Shown here: positions 35,818-44,176 of the stretch, in pieces | How positions within the stretch are numbered: position 1 is the first letter of the stretch | Layout: the number at the start of each line of letters is the position of its first letter | Source: a virus | Lineage: Duplodnaviria; Caudoviricetes | Length of the DNA stretch: 62,503 bases | IMG/VR virus record: IMGVR_UViG_3300027834_000006 | Coordinates: 1 to 62,503 of that record | Direction: 5' to 3' (one strand) | Notes under the pieces: model-generated | Seen by the model: only the letters and a program-made list of their open reading frames with translations | Told to the model about the DNA's origin: nothing | Database searches by the model: none | Translations under genes and position numbers: made by a program

Positions 35818-36891
35818 ATGCATATAACTATTGAGCAAAAAACACTGAAAGACGCGCTAAAGAAAATTCAAGACTGTGTTAAAAAAGACAGGAACCTTGC
35901 CCTCACTTCACACGTATCAATCACAACAGGTGTTGACTCTGTGACCTTCTCCGCTACAAACCTGGACGTTTACCTTGATATGCAATGTAAGGCTGTTGTG
36001 GCTACTCATGGTTCTTGTGTTGTAGACAGAGAAGCACTTAAGGTTTTGACCAAACAGGCGACAAAAGAAACAATTACTATTTTCACAGAGAGAAACAATG
36101 AAATAGGGTTTCGCAAGGGAACTTTAAACACAACACTTGACGCACATGACCCGCTTCCTGTTGCTCCAGCCGAAGGCGCCCTCCCTTTTAGTTCCATTAA
36201 TGCCAAAAACCTGGCCGAAATGATAAAAAACACATCTTATGCGGTGTCCACTGATGAAGATCGAGCAGATGTAATGTGCGTTTACCTGGAAAGTCAAAAC
36301 CAAGGAATGAGTATGGTAGCAACAGACGGGCACCGCCTGTCCTTCATGAGGCTAGAAGATAAAATAGATTCATTTTCTTCTATTCTTATCTCCAAAAAAA
36401 GCACAGACGCACTGTATAAACTACTTAAAAAATGCCCTCAAAACCTGGTAATGATGGGTGCTAGCGATGAAACACTAGTAATTAAAAGCGATACTGAAAT
36501 TATGTCAATAAGAATTCAAGGGGATATTTTCCCTGATTATAAGAAAATAATTCCCAAAAACAATGACATAAGAATTGAGGTTAATGCAGCCACTTTAAAA
36601 GAAGCAATTCTTTCTTGTCCCTTCTCTAAAAAGAATTATATTCTTGGCCTGGAAATAACAAAAGACAAGATTACAATTACCGGAACGAACACACCCCTTG
36701 ATATTGCCACGCTAAACCCCATAAGTGAAGACATCAGCATAAACCTTAATTATAAATATCTGCTCGATGTTTTGGCGACAATCGACGGAACGATGGTTGA
36801 ATTGGCTTTCTTGGATTCCGCCTCTTCCGTTCTAATAACAGAACCGGGAAATTATTGCAAGCTGGCCCTGATAATGCCAATACAAACTTGA
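35818..36891 (+). CDS. dnaN: DNA polymerase III beta sliding clamp
   Basis: SATNLD, YAVSTDE.R, MVATDGHRLS, G.FPDY..IIP, N..YLLD.L and LIMP; start 35818. Confidence 0.9.
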   Translation: MHITIEQKTLKDALKKIQDCVKKDRNLALTSHVSITTGVDSVTFSATNLDVYLDMQCKAVVATHGSCVVDREALKVLTKQATKETITIFTERNNEIGFRKGTLNTTLDAHDPLPVAPAEGALPFSSINAKNLAEMIKNTSYAVSTDEDRADVMCVYLESQNQGMSMVATDGHRLSFMRLEDKIDSFSSILISKKSTDALYKLLKKCPQNLVMMGASDETLVIKSDTEIMSIRIQGDIFPDYKKIIPKNNDIRIEVNAATLKEAILSCPFSKKNYILGLEITKDKITITGTNTPLDIATLNPISEDISINLNYKYLLDVLATIDGTMVELAFLDSASSVLITEPGNYCKLALIMPIQT

Positions 36892-36916
36892 TGTAAACCA
36901 AATAAGGGGGATAAAC

Positions 36917-37015
36917 ATGAGTTACAAGGAAATTTGGCTCACAGCGCTTACGGCAATCGGTATAACGGCAATTGTTATTACCTTAATGGCTATAGCTGAA
37001 AGAATAGGTTTCTGA
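36917..37015 (+). CDS. 32-aa single-TM peptide (not in ORF track)
   Basis: MSYKEIWLTALTAIGITAIVITLMAIAERIGF; AAGGGGG RBS. Confidence 0.55.
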   Translation: MSYKEIWLTALTAIGITAIVITLMAIAERIGF

Positions 37016-37053
37016 AAGCAAAAAAAACAAACCAAAAAAAAGGAGAACGTATC

Positions 37054-37287
37054 ATGGAAAGAGACAATGATTGGAATGTGAAAGCCGATGCATTTCTTAA
37101 GGTGCTTGAAAATATTAGAGTGAGCGTGCGACTTTATCAAGAAGGAGAACCGAGGAAACAGGCAGAAACCCATATCAAAAAACTTTTAGCTTGCAATAAT
37201 CTTCCTGATTATCATTCTGGGCTTATTATGCGAGCTGTAGATTCTTGCATATTTGACATCATTCATGTTATAGAGTATGATAGATAA
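37054..37287 (+). CDS. hypothetical protein
   Basis: AAGGAG RBS; 77 aa. Confidence 0.6.
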   Translation: MERDNDWNVKADAFLKVLENIRVSVRLYQEGEPRKQAETHIKKLLACNNLPDYHSGLIMRAVDSCIFDIIHVIEYDR

Positions 37288-37335
37288 ATCCAGGTCAAAC
37301 CTTGACATTTATAAAGGCAAAAAAAGGAGAATACA

Positions 37336-37584
37336 ATGAGAGTGAGAGAATTTGAGGCCATGATCGAGAGAAGAAGTGGCTTTTGTTTTCTATACCTGGC
37401 AGCTCATGGCGAAAAGGGAAAAGCTTGCGATAATTGCCCTCTGCATAAAAATGGAGCGTGTAGCGTATACTATGAAGATAATTCACTTTTTACGCAAGTC
37501 CGAAATGCACGCGCAAAAATGGAACGATTAACAAAACAATTATGGCAAAAAATAGAAAAAGCAATCGAGAACCCAACCAAATAA
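37336..37584 (+). CDS. Cys4 helical-hairpin protein, copy 2 (N-terminally shortened)
   Basis: GFC..CDNCPL....C..EDNSLF. Confidence 0.7.
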   Translation: MRVREFEAMIERRSGFCFLYLAAHGEKGKACDNCPLHKNGACSVYYEDNSLFTQVRNARAKMERLTKQLWQKIEKAIENPTK

Positions 37585-37598
37585 AAGGAAGGTGTGAA

Positions 37599-38051
37599 AT
37601 GAAAAGAGAACTGAGTGAACAGGCGCTAGGAGCAAAGAACATCAGGAAAGAGTTGAAGGCTGCGTTTCCGGGCATTAAGTTTTCTGTATGTTCAGAGTCG
37701 TTTGCAGGCGGGAACGCTATTGAGGTAGACTGGACCGACGGACCCACAAGAACGGAAGTGGAGAGAATAACGGCTAAGTACAAACATGGGAATTTTGACG
37801 GAATGACCGATTCTTATACGTACAAGCCGGACAGTGCCGAGAGTGCCGAGAGAGGCGGCGCCATGTATGTGCAAATACAACGGCATTACAGCGCTGAGAC
37901 AATGGAGAAGCAAGGCAGAGAACTTTGCCGTAAACAGAAGATAGAATACGAAGGGAACGCCACCAGATATCTTTACGGCCCATCAGACTGCGACCGTCTA
38001 TCTGTTCACGTTTACAGAGAACTTGCGAAAAAATCTTTTAAGACTAACTGA
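37599..38051 (+). CDS. LPD29-like domain protein, copy 3
   Basis: LGAKNIRKELKAAFPGIKFSV...VDWTDGPT; nucleotide-level similarity to copy 2; start 37599. Confidence 0.85.
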   Translation: MKRELSEQALGAKNIRKELKAAFPGIKFSVCSESFAGGNAIEVDWTDGPTRTEVERITAKYKHGNFDGMTDSYTYKPDSAESAERGGAMYVQIQRHYSAETMEKQGRELCRKQKIEYEGNATRYLYGPSDCDRLSVHVYRELAKKSFKTN

Positions 38052-38065
38052 AAGGGAGGGAAAAG

Positions 38066-38374
38066 ATGGACAAAAAAGAGATCTTAAGAATGAAACAAGG
38101 AACAAAAGTGAAATGGGATGGTATTGCAAGAAAACTACGTCTTATTGAGAAAGACATCGCTACTTGCTGCGGTTATTGTATGGCATATAAAAAAGAATCT
38201 TTAACTAAAAAACATCCCTGTTGTCATTGCCCACTATATAAAAGTAGATCTTGTAGCGCGAAAGTGGAAGACAATTCCGTTTTCACTCAAGCTCTGAATA
38301 CGATTAAAAAGTTAGAAGGTTTTACGAAAATAATCCAGAAAGATATAAAAGACGATATCTCCGCAACTATCTAA
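38066..38374 (+). CDS. Cys4 helical-hairpin protein, copy 3
   Basis: CGYC..CCHCPLY...C..EDNSVF; ends IKDDISATI, like copy 1. Confidence 0.75.
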   Translation: MDKKEILRMKQGTKVKWDGIARKLRLIEKDIATCCGYCMAYKKESLTKKHPCCHCPLYKSRSCSAKVEDNSVFTQALNTIKKLEGFTKIIQKDIKDDISATI

Positions 38375-38397
38375 TAAACAAAAAAAGGAGAACGACC

Positions 38398-39468
38398 ATG
38401 GAAACATTAACAAAAGAAAATGCTCCACGGGTGGATACAATAAAATTAAAATGTTTTCCTTTTTTTATTGCAAGAAAGTTTAATTACAAAAAGCACCACT
38501 TTAGCAATGATGCTTTTGTGAGTTCATATGAAGGCCCAGGATATAGAATGGGCCTTCGAGAAAATAATTATCACTTATGGACTGTTGCATCTTGGAAAAA
38601 GGGAGGAAAAGCCATGGATACAATATTAGGCTATGAAGATATTAAGGTAGATCGAATAATATTTAAAAAGAGGAGAACCATGAATAAAAACGAGATTTTA
38701 AAACAGAAGATTGAATCAGCGGAGAATTGGGACAAGAGGTTACTTGAGCTTGAGCGTCTCGGTAATAAAATGGGTGAAAAATGCGGGTATTGCAACTTAT
38801 ACAGAAAAAGTGCTGCTAATTATCATCCTGATTGCCGCTGTTCTGACTGCCCTTTATATCCAAAGCTTTGCAGTATGAAGAAAGAAACCCCCTCTACTTA
38901 TACTAAGATATGGGAATTAATGGAGGCCTTACAGGAGGAATGCTCTGAATTAAAAGACGGAATCGAAAAAGACATTGAGCATACAAGGGAAACCCTCAAA
39001 GAAGAGAAGCCCTTGGACAACTTAGCCCTGGCAGTAGAAAACCTTATTAAAGAGTTAGGGGAGGCGTTTCCGGGGATCAAATTTATTTTGAGATCAAAAA
39101 AACATGAAGCTCCCTGGGGGTGTGCCATTCACGTAAGGTGGATTGATGGACCTACCAAAAAAGAAGTAAAAAAAATAACCGATAAATACGAACGCAAGAA
39201 CCACCTCGGTGGCGTTCTCCCTAATGGTGTGGTAACTTATGTTGCAAGCCGGAGAATTCATAGCCATAAAACCAAAACCAGGATAGGGCAAATCCTCTGT
39301 GATTCGTTTTCGATGAAATACAGGGGAAACGAGGGCAGCCACGTATACGGGCAGCCGGGGTGTAAAACTATTGATGACTATGTCAAAAAAAACATCCGAG
39401 ATACTTCATTTGATTCAAAAGGCAATATATTGCACATAGATCAAGATCCCACGTATCTTGAACGATAA
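38398..39468 (+). CDS. multidomain ORF: unknown N-terminus, Cys4 domain, LPD29-like domain
   Basis: In-frame internal RBS+ATG at 38614 and 38680; from 38680 it is a full paralog of 30462..31199. Confidence 0.8.
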   Translation: METLTKENAPRVDTIKLKCFPFFIARKFNYKKHHFSNDAFVSSYEGPGYRMGLRENNYHLWTVASWKKGGKAMDTILGYEDIKVDRIIFKKRRTMNKNEILKQKIESAENWDKRLLELERLGNKMGEKCGYCNLYRKSAANYHPDCRCSDCPLYPKLCSMKKETPSTYTKIWELMEALQEECSELKDGIEKDIEHTRETLKEEKPLDNLALAVENLIKELGEAFPGIKFILRSKKHEAPWGCAIHVRWIDGPTKKEVKKITDKYERKNHLGGVLPNGVVTYVASRRIHSHKTKTRIGQILCDSFSMKYRGNEGSHVYGQPGCKTIDDYVKKNIRDTSFDSKGNILHIDQDPTYLER

Positions 39469-39493
39469 CTTTATAAAAAGGGAGGGGCGACCC

Positions 39494-39787
39494 GTGGGAA
39501 AAGAATACATCTTGAAAAAGAAAAAGAAAGCAGAAACAAAATGGAAAAGCATATTGAGGAAAACCCAAGCATTAAAACGCCAATTATATAGCCGCTGCGG
39601 TTACTGTGAATTGAGCACCACTTGTGCCGATTGTCCATTGAGCGGGAATGTGTGTGGACCGCGCAAGGGCATGACGGATTCACTCTATGGCAATATTGCA
39701 TATAGAATTAGAGAGCTCGAACATGACGTGGAAAGTTTCAATCTTGCCATTAAAAGAGATATCAAAAAAACTAACGACTCTAAATAA
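39494..39787 (+). CDS. Cys4 helical-hairpin protein
   Basis: GTG after GGGAGG; CGYC..CADCPL...C..DSLY..IKRDI. Confidence 0.75.
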   Translation: MGKEYILKKKKKAETKWKSILRKTQALKRQLYSRCGYCELSTTCADCPLSGNVCGPRKGMTDSLYGNIAYRIRELEHDVESFNLAIKRDIKKTNDSK

Positions 39788-39804
39788 AGGGGGAGATTGC
39801 AATC

Positions 39805-40092
39805 ATGAATGAAAAAGAGATCATGGCAAAGAAAAATGAGTCAAAGAAAAGGTGGAGTAATATAAAGGAATCTACCTTCGACTTACTGATAAGGGCAAAA
39901 GCCCCCTGTGGCTACTGTAATATATTTGAAGATCTCTGTAGTGAGTGCCCCCTCGATGGTAAAATATGCTCTTCCGACAACTCTCTTCACGGTAAAGCAG
40001 TAAGTGCATTAAAAACAGCCTATGAAAACGCTTTAGCCCTGCGCGATGCGATAGTGAAAGACATTGAGCAAAGCAAATTAAGGGGAAGTTAA
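39805..40092 (+). CDS. Cys4 helical-hairpin protein
   Basis: CGYC..CSECPL...C..DNSL..IVKDI. Confidence 0.75.
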   Translation: MNEKEIMAKKNESKKRWSNIKESTFDLLIRAKAPCGYCNIFEDLCSECPLDGKICSSDNSLHGKAVSALKTAYENALALRDAIVKDIEQSKLRGS

Positions 40093-40151
40093 AAAGATAG
40101 CCTACCTGGAGGGCCAAGTCCAGGAACTTTCTCTCTTTTTCCCTGGCTTAT

Positions 40152-40183
40152 CGGGGTCGCAGGGTAAGAACCGACCCCGTTTT
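40152..40183 (+). terminator. Rho-independent terminator ending the paralog array
   Basis: Stem cggggtcg/cgaccccg followed by TTTT. Confidence 0.6.
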
Positions 40184-40206
40184 AAACTTTATAATATGAG
40201 GGAAAA

Positions 40207-40368
40207 ATGGAACAAGATATTAAAAAATGTGACTGCGGAAAAGTGGCTACCGGACGATATTATTATCCATATTTAGGAGGCTTATGGAAATATCAATGCG
40301 CAAAGTGCGCTGCTGGGTTTCAAGCATTTGAACCGCTACCGGATTTTAAAGGGGGTGGCTATGAATAA
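40207..40368 (+). CDS. 53-aa zinc-ribbon protein (not in ORF track)
   Basis: MEQDIKKCDCGK...QCAKCA; GAGGG RBS. Confidence 0.55.
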   Translation: MEQDIKKCDCGKVATGRYYYPYLGGLWKYQCAKCAAGFQAFEPLPDFKGGGYE

Positions 40369-40642
40369 TTTTAAAACCCAGTTTGAATTATTCGGGAAGA
40401 TTGCGCCTGGGTGGAAGATGATTCGTCCCCTAGAGATAACAATAGAACAAGACGACAATGAAGATCATATGGCAAACGATGATGAATTTTGCGTTTATGG
40501 TTACGGAAACACACAACTTCTCGCGCTACGAGATTATGCTACATCACTGATTGAATATTACCAACTTATCGAAAAACATATGGCTTTTTCGACACAAGCA
40601 ATATTTGTTTCTTTGAAATCATACATTAACCGCATTCAATAA
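40361..40642 (+). CDS. HicB-like antitoxin domain protein (orphan)
   Basis: PLEITIEQDD...A....F.VYGYG.T...AL.DY...LIEYY resembles the HicB N-terminal fold. Confidence 0.55.
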   Translation: MNNFKTQFELFGKIAPGWKMIRPLEITIEQDDNEDHMANDDEFCVYGYGNTQLLALRDYATSLIEYYQLIEKHMAFSTQAIFVSLKSYINRIQ

Positions 40643-40664
40643 AGATTCCGAAGGAGCCGCGACA

Positions 40665-40913
40665 ATGGAGACCCTATATATATGTTTTAAAGAATGCATG
40701 TCTTTACGGGGATACCAGTTCGTATGCGTGTTGTTATTATGGATAGTAGTTTTTTTGTGGGTATTCGGTGCGCTTTATTCTATAGCAGAAGAGATTACGC
40801 TATTCATGAATGAGTCTATTACGGAAATACTTGATGACACGCAAAAGAAGCAGGCAAACAAGCTTTTTGTGATTTTTATCTTGTGTCTATGTGTGTTTTT
40901 GTCTTTTTTTTAG
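40665..40913 (+). CDS. small two-TM membrane protein
   Basis: Two hydrophobic segments; AAGGAG RBS. Confidence 0.55.
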   Translation: METLYICFKECMSLRGYQFVCVLLLWIVVFLWVFGALYSIAEEITLFMNESITEILDDTQKKQANKLFVIFILCLCVFLSFF

Positions 40914-40925
40914 TTCTGGTTTTTT

Positions 40926-41141
40926 ATGAGGTACAACATGAAACCCGGATCTTTGATTCTTTTGGTTTTGTTGATTTTCTCATTCGTTGTCATTTGCTGT
41001 TTAAACCGTGATCTTCACAGAGTAAAAAACATGCTTGAACGCCAAAACGAACTCAGCAGACAAATGGTTGAGATGACACAGAACAAAACATTGATTCTTT
41101 TGGAGGGAACAATAGATGAAAGAAAAGAATTTTCAGAGTGA
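40926..41141 (+). CDS. small membrane-anchored coiled-coil protein
   Basis: N-terminal TM helix followed by a coiled coil. Confidence 0.5.
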   Translation: MRYNMKPGSLILLVLLIFSFVVICCLNRDLHRVKNMLERQNELSRQMVEMTQNKTLILLEGTIDERKEFSE

Positions 41142-41655
41142 GTTCAAGAAAAACAACAAGATACATGGCGTGTTTGAACTGAAGCTTTGCAAGGGTGTTT
41201 CTCTGCCGTTCTCTTCCGTAAAACCGCATCAGGAAAAGGCCCTGCTGGCCGCAACTACTATGGAGGGCTTGTATTACAAGATCCCCGATCAGCCCGTTTC
41301 TGAAATGGAAGAAGATGCCCCGAAGGAAAACGAAAACAACAAGCAAAAGGGAAAGAAAATACGATTCACCCTGCCGAAACCGTTCGACTGTTTTCTGGTT
41401 AAGAATACTCCCGCATACGTTGTCATAATGTTTTATGTTCCTCGAAAGAAAAAAACGGTGTATTATATCCCTATCGGGGATTTTCTTGAAATGAAAAACT
41501 CAGTGACACGAAAATCAATGACCGAAGAAATGTTGGGCAAATATGCCACATCGATTCAATCATGGTTGAAGGGATGCAGGACTTTTACGGTGGGCGAAAA
41601 TCAAAGAGACTGTTCGATAATAGGGGACTGGTTTGGACAACCGAAAAAAAAATAA
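41116..41655 (+). CDS. RecU-like PD-(D/E)XK Holliday junction resolvase
   Basis: E..FQ..F, FELK....SLPFS.V.PHQ..AL and YKIPD...KPFDC. Confidence 0.6.
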   Translation: MKEKNFQSEFKKNNKIHGVFELKLCKGVSLPFSSVKPHQEKALLAATTMEGLYYKIPDQPVSEMEEDAPKENENNKQKGKKIRFTLPKPFDCFLVKNTPAYVVIMFYVPRKKKTVYYIPIGDFLEMKNSVTRKSMTEEMLGKYATSIQSWLKGCRTFTVGENQRDCSIIGDWFGQPKKK

Positions 41656-42112
41656 ATGTGTTGACAAAGAAAACATTTATGATATAATGGTTTCAGAATC
41701 CATTGAGTTGATGGACCATGGGAATTGCCTGAAGGCACTCTGCCCGTTTCATGATGACACGAACCCTTCCATGGCGGTATATCCCCAGAAAAATCGTTGG
41801 TGGTGTTTTGTATGCCAGGAGGGGGGAGATAGCATAGATTTTATAATGAGATACAAGAAGATGAACTTTGTGAGGGCATGTGATTATTTGGGTGTTTACA
41901 AAACCTCCGCACATAAGAAAAATGACAAAAAAAACGTATTGGATCTGGCCGTTTGCAGGAATGAGAAGGATAGGAACGTGATCAATAAGTTACTGAAGGA
42001 TGAGTTCGAGCAAATTATCGCAGACGGAGACAATTACAGGGTTAACGTGAAGTTTACATCCGACAATAAAATAATGGTTTTCCGGGTTATGTCCCGGAGT
42101 CAAACAGAATGA
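41633..42112 (+). CDS. stand-alone CHC2 primase zinc-binding domain protein (start uncertain)
   Basis: LCPFHDDTNPSM.V......W.CF.C..GGDSIDFI......F..A...L. Confidence 0.85.
   Translation: MDNRKKNKCVDKENIYDIMVSESIELMDHGNCLKALCPFHDDTNPSMAVYPQKNRWWCFVCQEGGDSIDFIMRYKKMNFVRACDYLGVYKTSAHKKNDKKNVLDLAVCRNEKDRNVINKLLKDEFEQIIADGDNYRVNVKFTSDNKIMVFRVMSRSQTE
41661..41688 (+). promoter_or_regulatory. sigma70 promoter
   Basis: TTGACA-16-TATAAT with TGn extension and upstream A tract. Confidence 0.7.
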
Positions 42113-42324
42113 AGTTTTGGTGGAGGGAGGTGGAAAACGTGTATTCTTATAACGATTTTGAATGTCTGAATTGTGGGACCAGGTGGGATGCCGTGTGGAA
42201 TTGCAATGACGGACCGCCTCCATGCCTGAAATGCGGTGGAGAATCAAAGAAGATCCTGAGCGTTACTTCATGGAGGCTCGGCAAGTTTGATACCAAAACG
42301 ACACATAAAATAAGTAAAGATTGA
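42109..42324 (+). CDS. FmdB-like zinc-ribbon protein
   Basis: DFECLNCG...CLKCGG..KKILS. Confidence 0.65.
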   Translation: MKFWWREVENVYSYNDFECLNCGTRWDAVWNCNDGPPPCLKCGGESKKILSVTSWRLGKFDTKTTHKISKD

Positions 42325-42342
42325 AACAAAAGGGGGTTCACA

Positions 42343-42435
42343 ATGAAATCAGGGACAAAAAGGGTTGCAGCGTTTGTAGCTTGGGTGGTTATTGTGATAC
42401 TGGGGGTATTTTTGGTGAGATGGTTGTTTTGCTAA
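42343..42435 (+). CDS. 30-aa single-TM peptide (not in ORF track)
   Basis: MKSGTKRVAAFVAWVVIVILGVFLVRWLFC; AGGGGG RBS. Confidence 0.5.
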   Translation: MKSGTKRVAAFVAWVVIVILGVFLVRWLFC

Positions 42436-42461
42436 TCACTGAAGAAAGGAGGGCATACAAA

Positions 42462-42728
42462 ATGAAAGGGGCCATTGTTTTACGGCGGCTGACTTATGTG
42501 ATGAGGAGTTATGCAAGATCAAGCCTGGTAAAAAAACTTTTTTCAACAATGTTTTTTGGCCGTGTTTCGTTGGTACTTGGGGCATTTGGTGTATTGATTA
42601 TTTTTATTGGGCGACTGACTGGCGTGATCGCGGACGGTGACGGGGCTGTATGCGGTTTGATAGTGGCAATTGGAACTAGTGTGGGGATAGCGGTGGAGGG
42701 TTATATCGATGATATTAGAGAAGAATAA
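42462..42728 (+). CDS. two-TM membrane protein with LRRLTYVMRSYA leader, copy 1
   Basis: AAGGAGG RBS at about 42446-42452; ATG 42462. Confidence 0.65.
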   Translation: MKGAIVLRRLTYVMRSYARSSLVKKLFSTMFFGRVSLVLGAFGVLIIFIGRLTGVIADGDGAVCGLIVAIGTSVGIAVEGYIDDIREE

Positions 42729-42790
42729 GAAGAAGAAAAAGAAACAGATTTATGGGCATAACTTGTTAAAACCAGTAAAAGGAGGTAACG

Positions 42791-43480
42791 ATGGGTATTT
42801 TTTCACGGTTGTTTGAAATAGGTGAAGCAAAGGTCAACAGTGTGATTGATGTACTTGAAAGGCCAGAGTTGATGTTGGAACAAGCCATTCGAGATAAAGA
42901 GAAACAGATTAAAAGTGTCAAGCAGTCCGTACAGTCGTGCATAACAACCGAAAGACAGACCAAGGCCCTTCTTGACAGAGAAAAGTCAGATAAGATAACT
43001 TGGGATAAAAAGGCTAAAACCGCTCTTGATGCAGGCGATGAAGACCTTGCGTTTAGATCTCTTGCGAGAGCTGCCGAACACGAAAAAAATGCTCAGACCC
43101 TTGAGGTTAACTGGCAGTCCCAGCGTTCAAGCGTCGATGCCCTGAAACAGGATATCTTTGAGTTAGAGGATGGACTTGCTATGTTTAAGCGTAACAAGCA
43201 TTTTATTGTAGCACAGAGTAAGACCTCGGATGTAAAGAAGGAACTTTACGAGGCAAAGGCGAGAATACAAAAGAAAAGCAGTGGCGATGATCTTATGAAG
43301 CGGATGATGGTTAAGGCGCAGAGATCGGCATTTGGGGCTGATGCGGCGAAGGAAATGGCCGACACCTTTGAAGGCGGAGACAGGCTGGGGAAAGAGATTG
43401 AAGTACTGGAGGATGCTTCCGCGAACGCCGAAACCCAAAGGAAGTTAACAGCATTAAAAGAAGAACTGGGAAAGAGGTAA
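42791..43480 (+). CDS. pspA: PspA/IM30 (Vipp1, ESCRT-III superfamily) protein
   Basis: MGIFSRL..I..AKVN...D.LE.PE.MLEQAIRD, W..KA..AL..GDEDLA..L, and C-terminal L..LK. Confidence 0.9.
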   Translation: MGIFSRLFEIGEAKVNSVIDVLERPELMLEQAIRDKEKQIKSVKQSVQSCITTERQTKALLDREKSDKITWDKKAKTALDAGDEDLAFRSLARAAEHEKNAQTLEVNWQSQRSSVDALKQDIFELEDGLAMFKRNKHFIVAQSKTSDVKKELYEAKARIQKKSSGDDLMKRMMVKAQRSAFGADAAKEMADTFEGGDRLGKEIEVLEDASANAETQRKLTALKEELGKR

Positions 43481-43507
43481 CCCCATGAATGTGCGAGGGC
43501 ATACAAC

Positions 43508-43684
43508 ATGAAAGAGGACCTTGTTTTACGGCGGCTGACTTACGTGATGAGGAGTTATGCCACGGCCATTTGTGGTATGATTTCTGGGAAAGTAAAGGCA
43601 ATAAGATGGAGAGACGGACCTGGGTTTTTTGTGTTCTGGATTGTTTCTTGGGGAGGGGCATATTTGTTGAGCCTCCTCCGGTAG
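43508..43684 (+). pseudogene. leader-family copy 2, probably a frameshifted paralog of 43727..44176
   Basis: MKEDLVLRRLTYVMRSYATAICGMISGKVK...; another frame ends VALKTEL*, matching LALKAEL in copy 3. Confidence 0.5.
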
Positions 43685-43726
43685 CACTTAAGACCGAACT
43701 ATAACAAATGACGGAGGGCATCCAAA

Positions 43727-44176
43727 ATGGAAGAAGAGCTTGCCTTGAGGCGCCTGGCTTGCGTGATAAGAAGTTATGCCACGGCCATTTGTGGTATGAT
43801 TTCTGGGAAAGTGAAAAAATTGAGCGAAGTGAGATCAGGCGTGATATCGGGAATTGTAATTTGGTTGTGCATTGTTGTTTTTGTGTGGGGTTTCTTGCGG
43901 TTGAAGATTTCCCCCTATACCGCGTTAGCGCTCAAGGCCGAACTAAACAGCGAGTTCCCTGGGGTTGAGTTCTCGATTGAACGTAACAGATGGCATTCCG
44001 TGATTGTTGACTGGACCGACGGACCCGAAAACAATCAGGTAACTCCAATAGTGAGGGGATACGCGTGCGGGCAGACAATTCGTTATACTTCGACTGAGGA
44101 ATCAGGCAAAGAGGGGGTCTGTCTCAATGTATTTCATGAAGCCTGGCCTTGTCCAATGATGAGAAGAGGTTCATAA
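43727..44176 (+). CDS. leader plus TM helix plus LPD29-like domain
   Basis: LRRLACVIRSYA leader, one TM, then LKAELNSEFPGVEFSI....VIVDWTDGP....V..IV.GY. Confidence 0.7.
   Translation: MEEELALRRLACVIRSYATAICGMISGKVKKLSEVRSGVISGIVIWLCIVVFVWGFLRLKISPYTALALKAELNSEFPGVEFSIERNRWHSVIVDWTDGPENNQVTPIVRGYACGQTIRYTSTEESGKEGVCLNVFHEAWPCPMMRRGS

Noticed and set aside
40098-40183. tRNA-like element (GGGTCGCAGGGT...)
   Set aside because: No cloverleaf or TTCG T-loop; the terminator hairpin explains it. No tRNA was recognised in the window.
43489-43968. ORF-track proteins 43489..43704 and 43708..43968 sharing LCHGHLWYDFWES
   Set aside because: Their similarity comes from the DNA duplication; the RBS-supported frames begin at 43508 and 43727.
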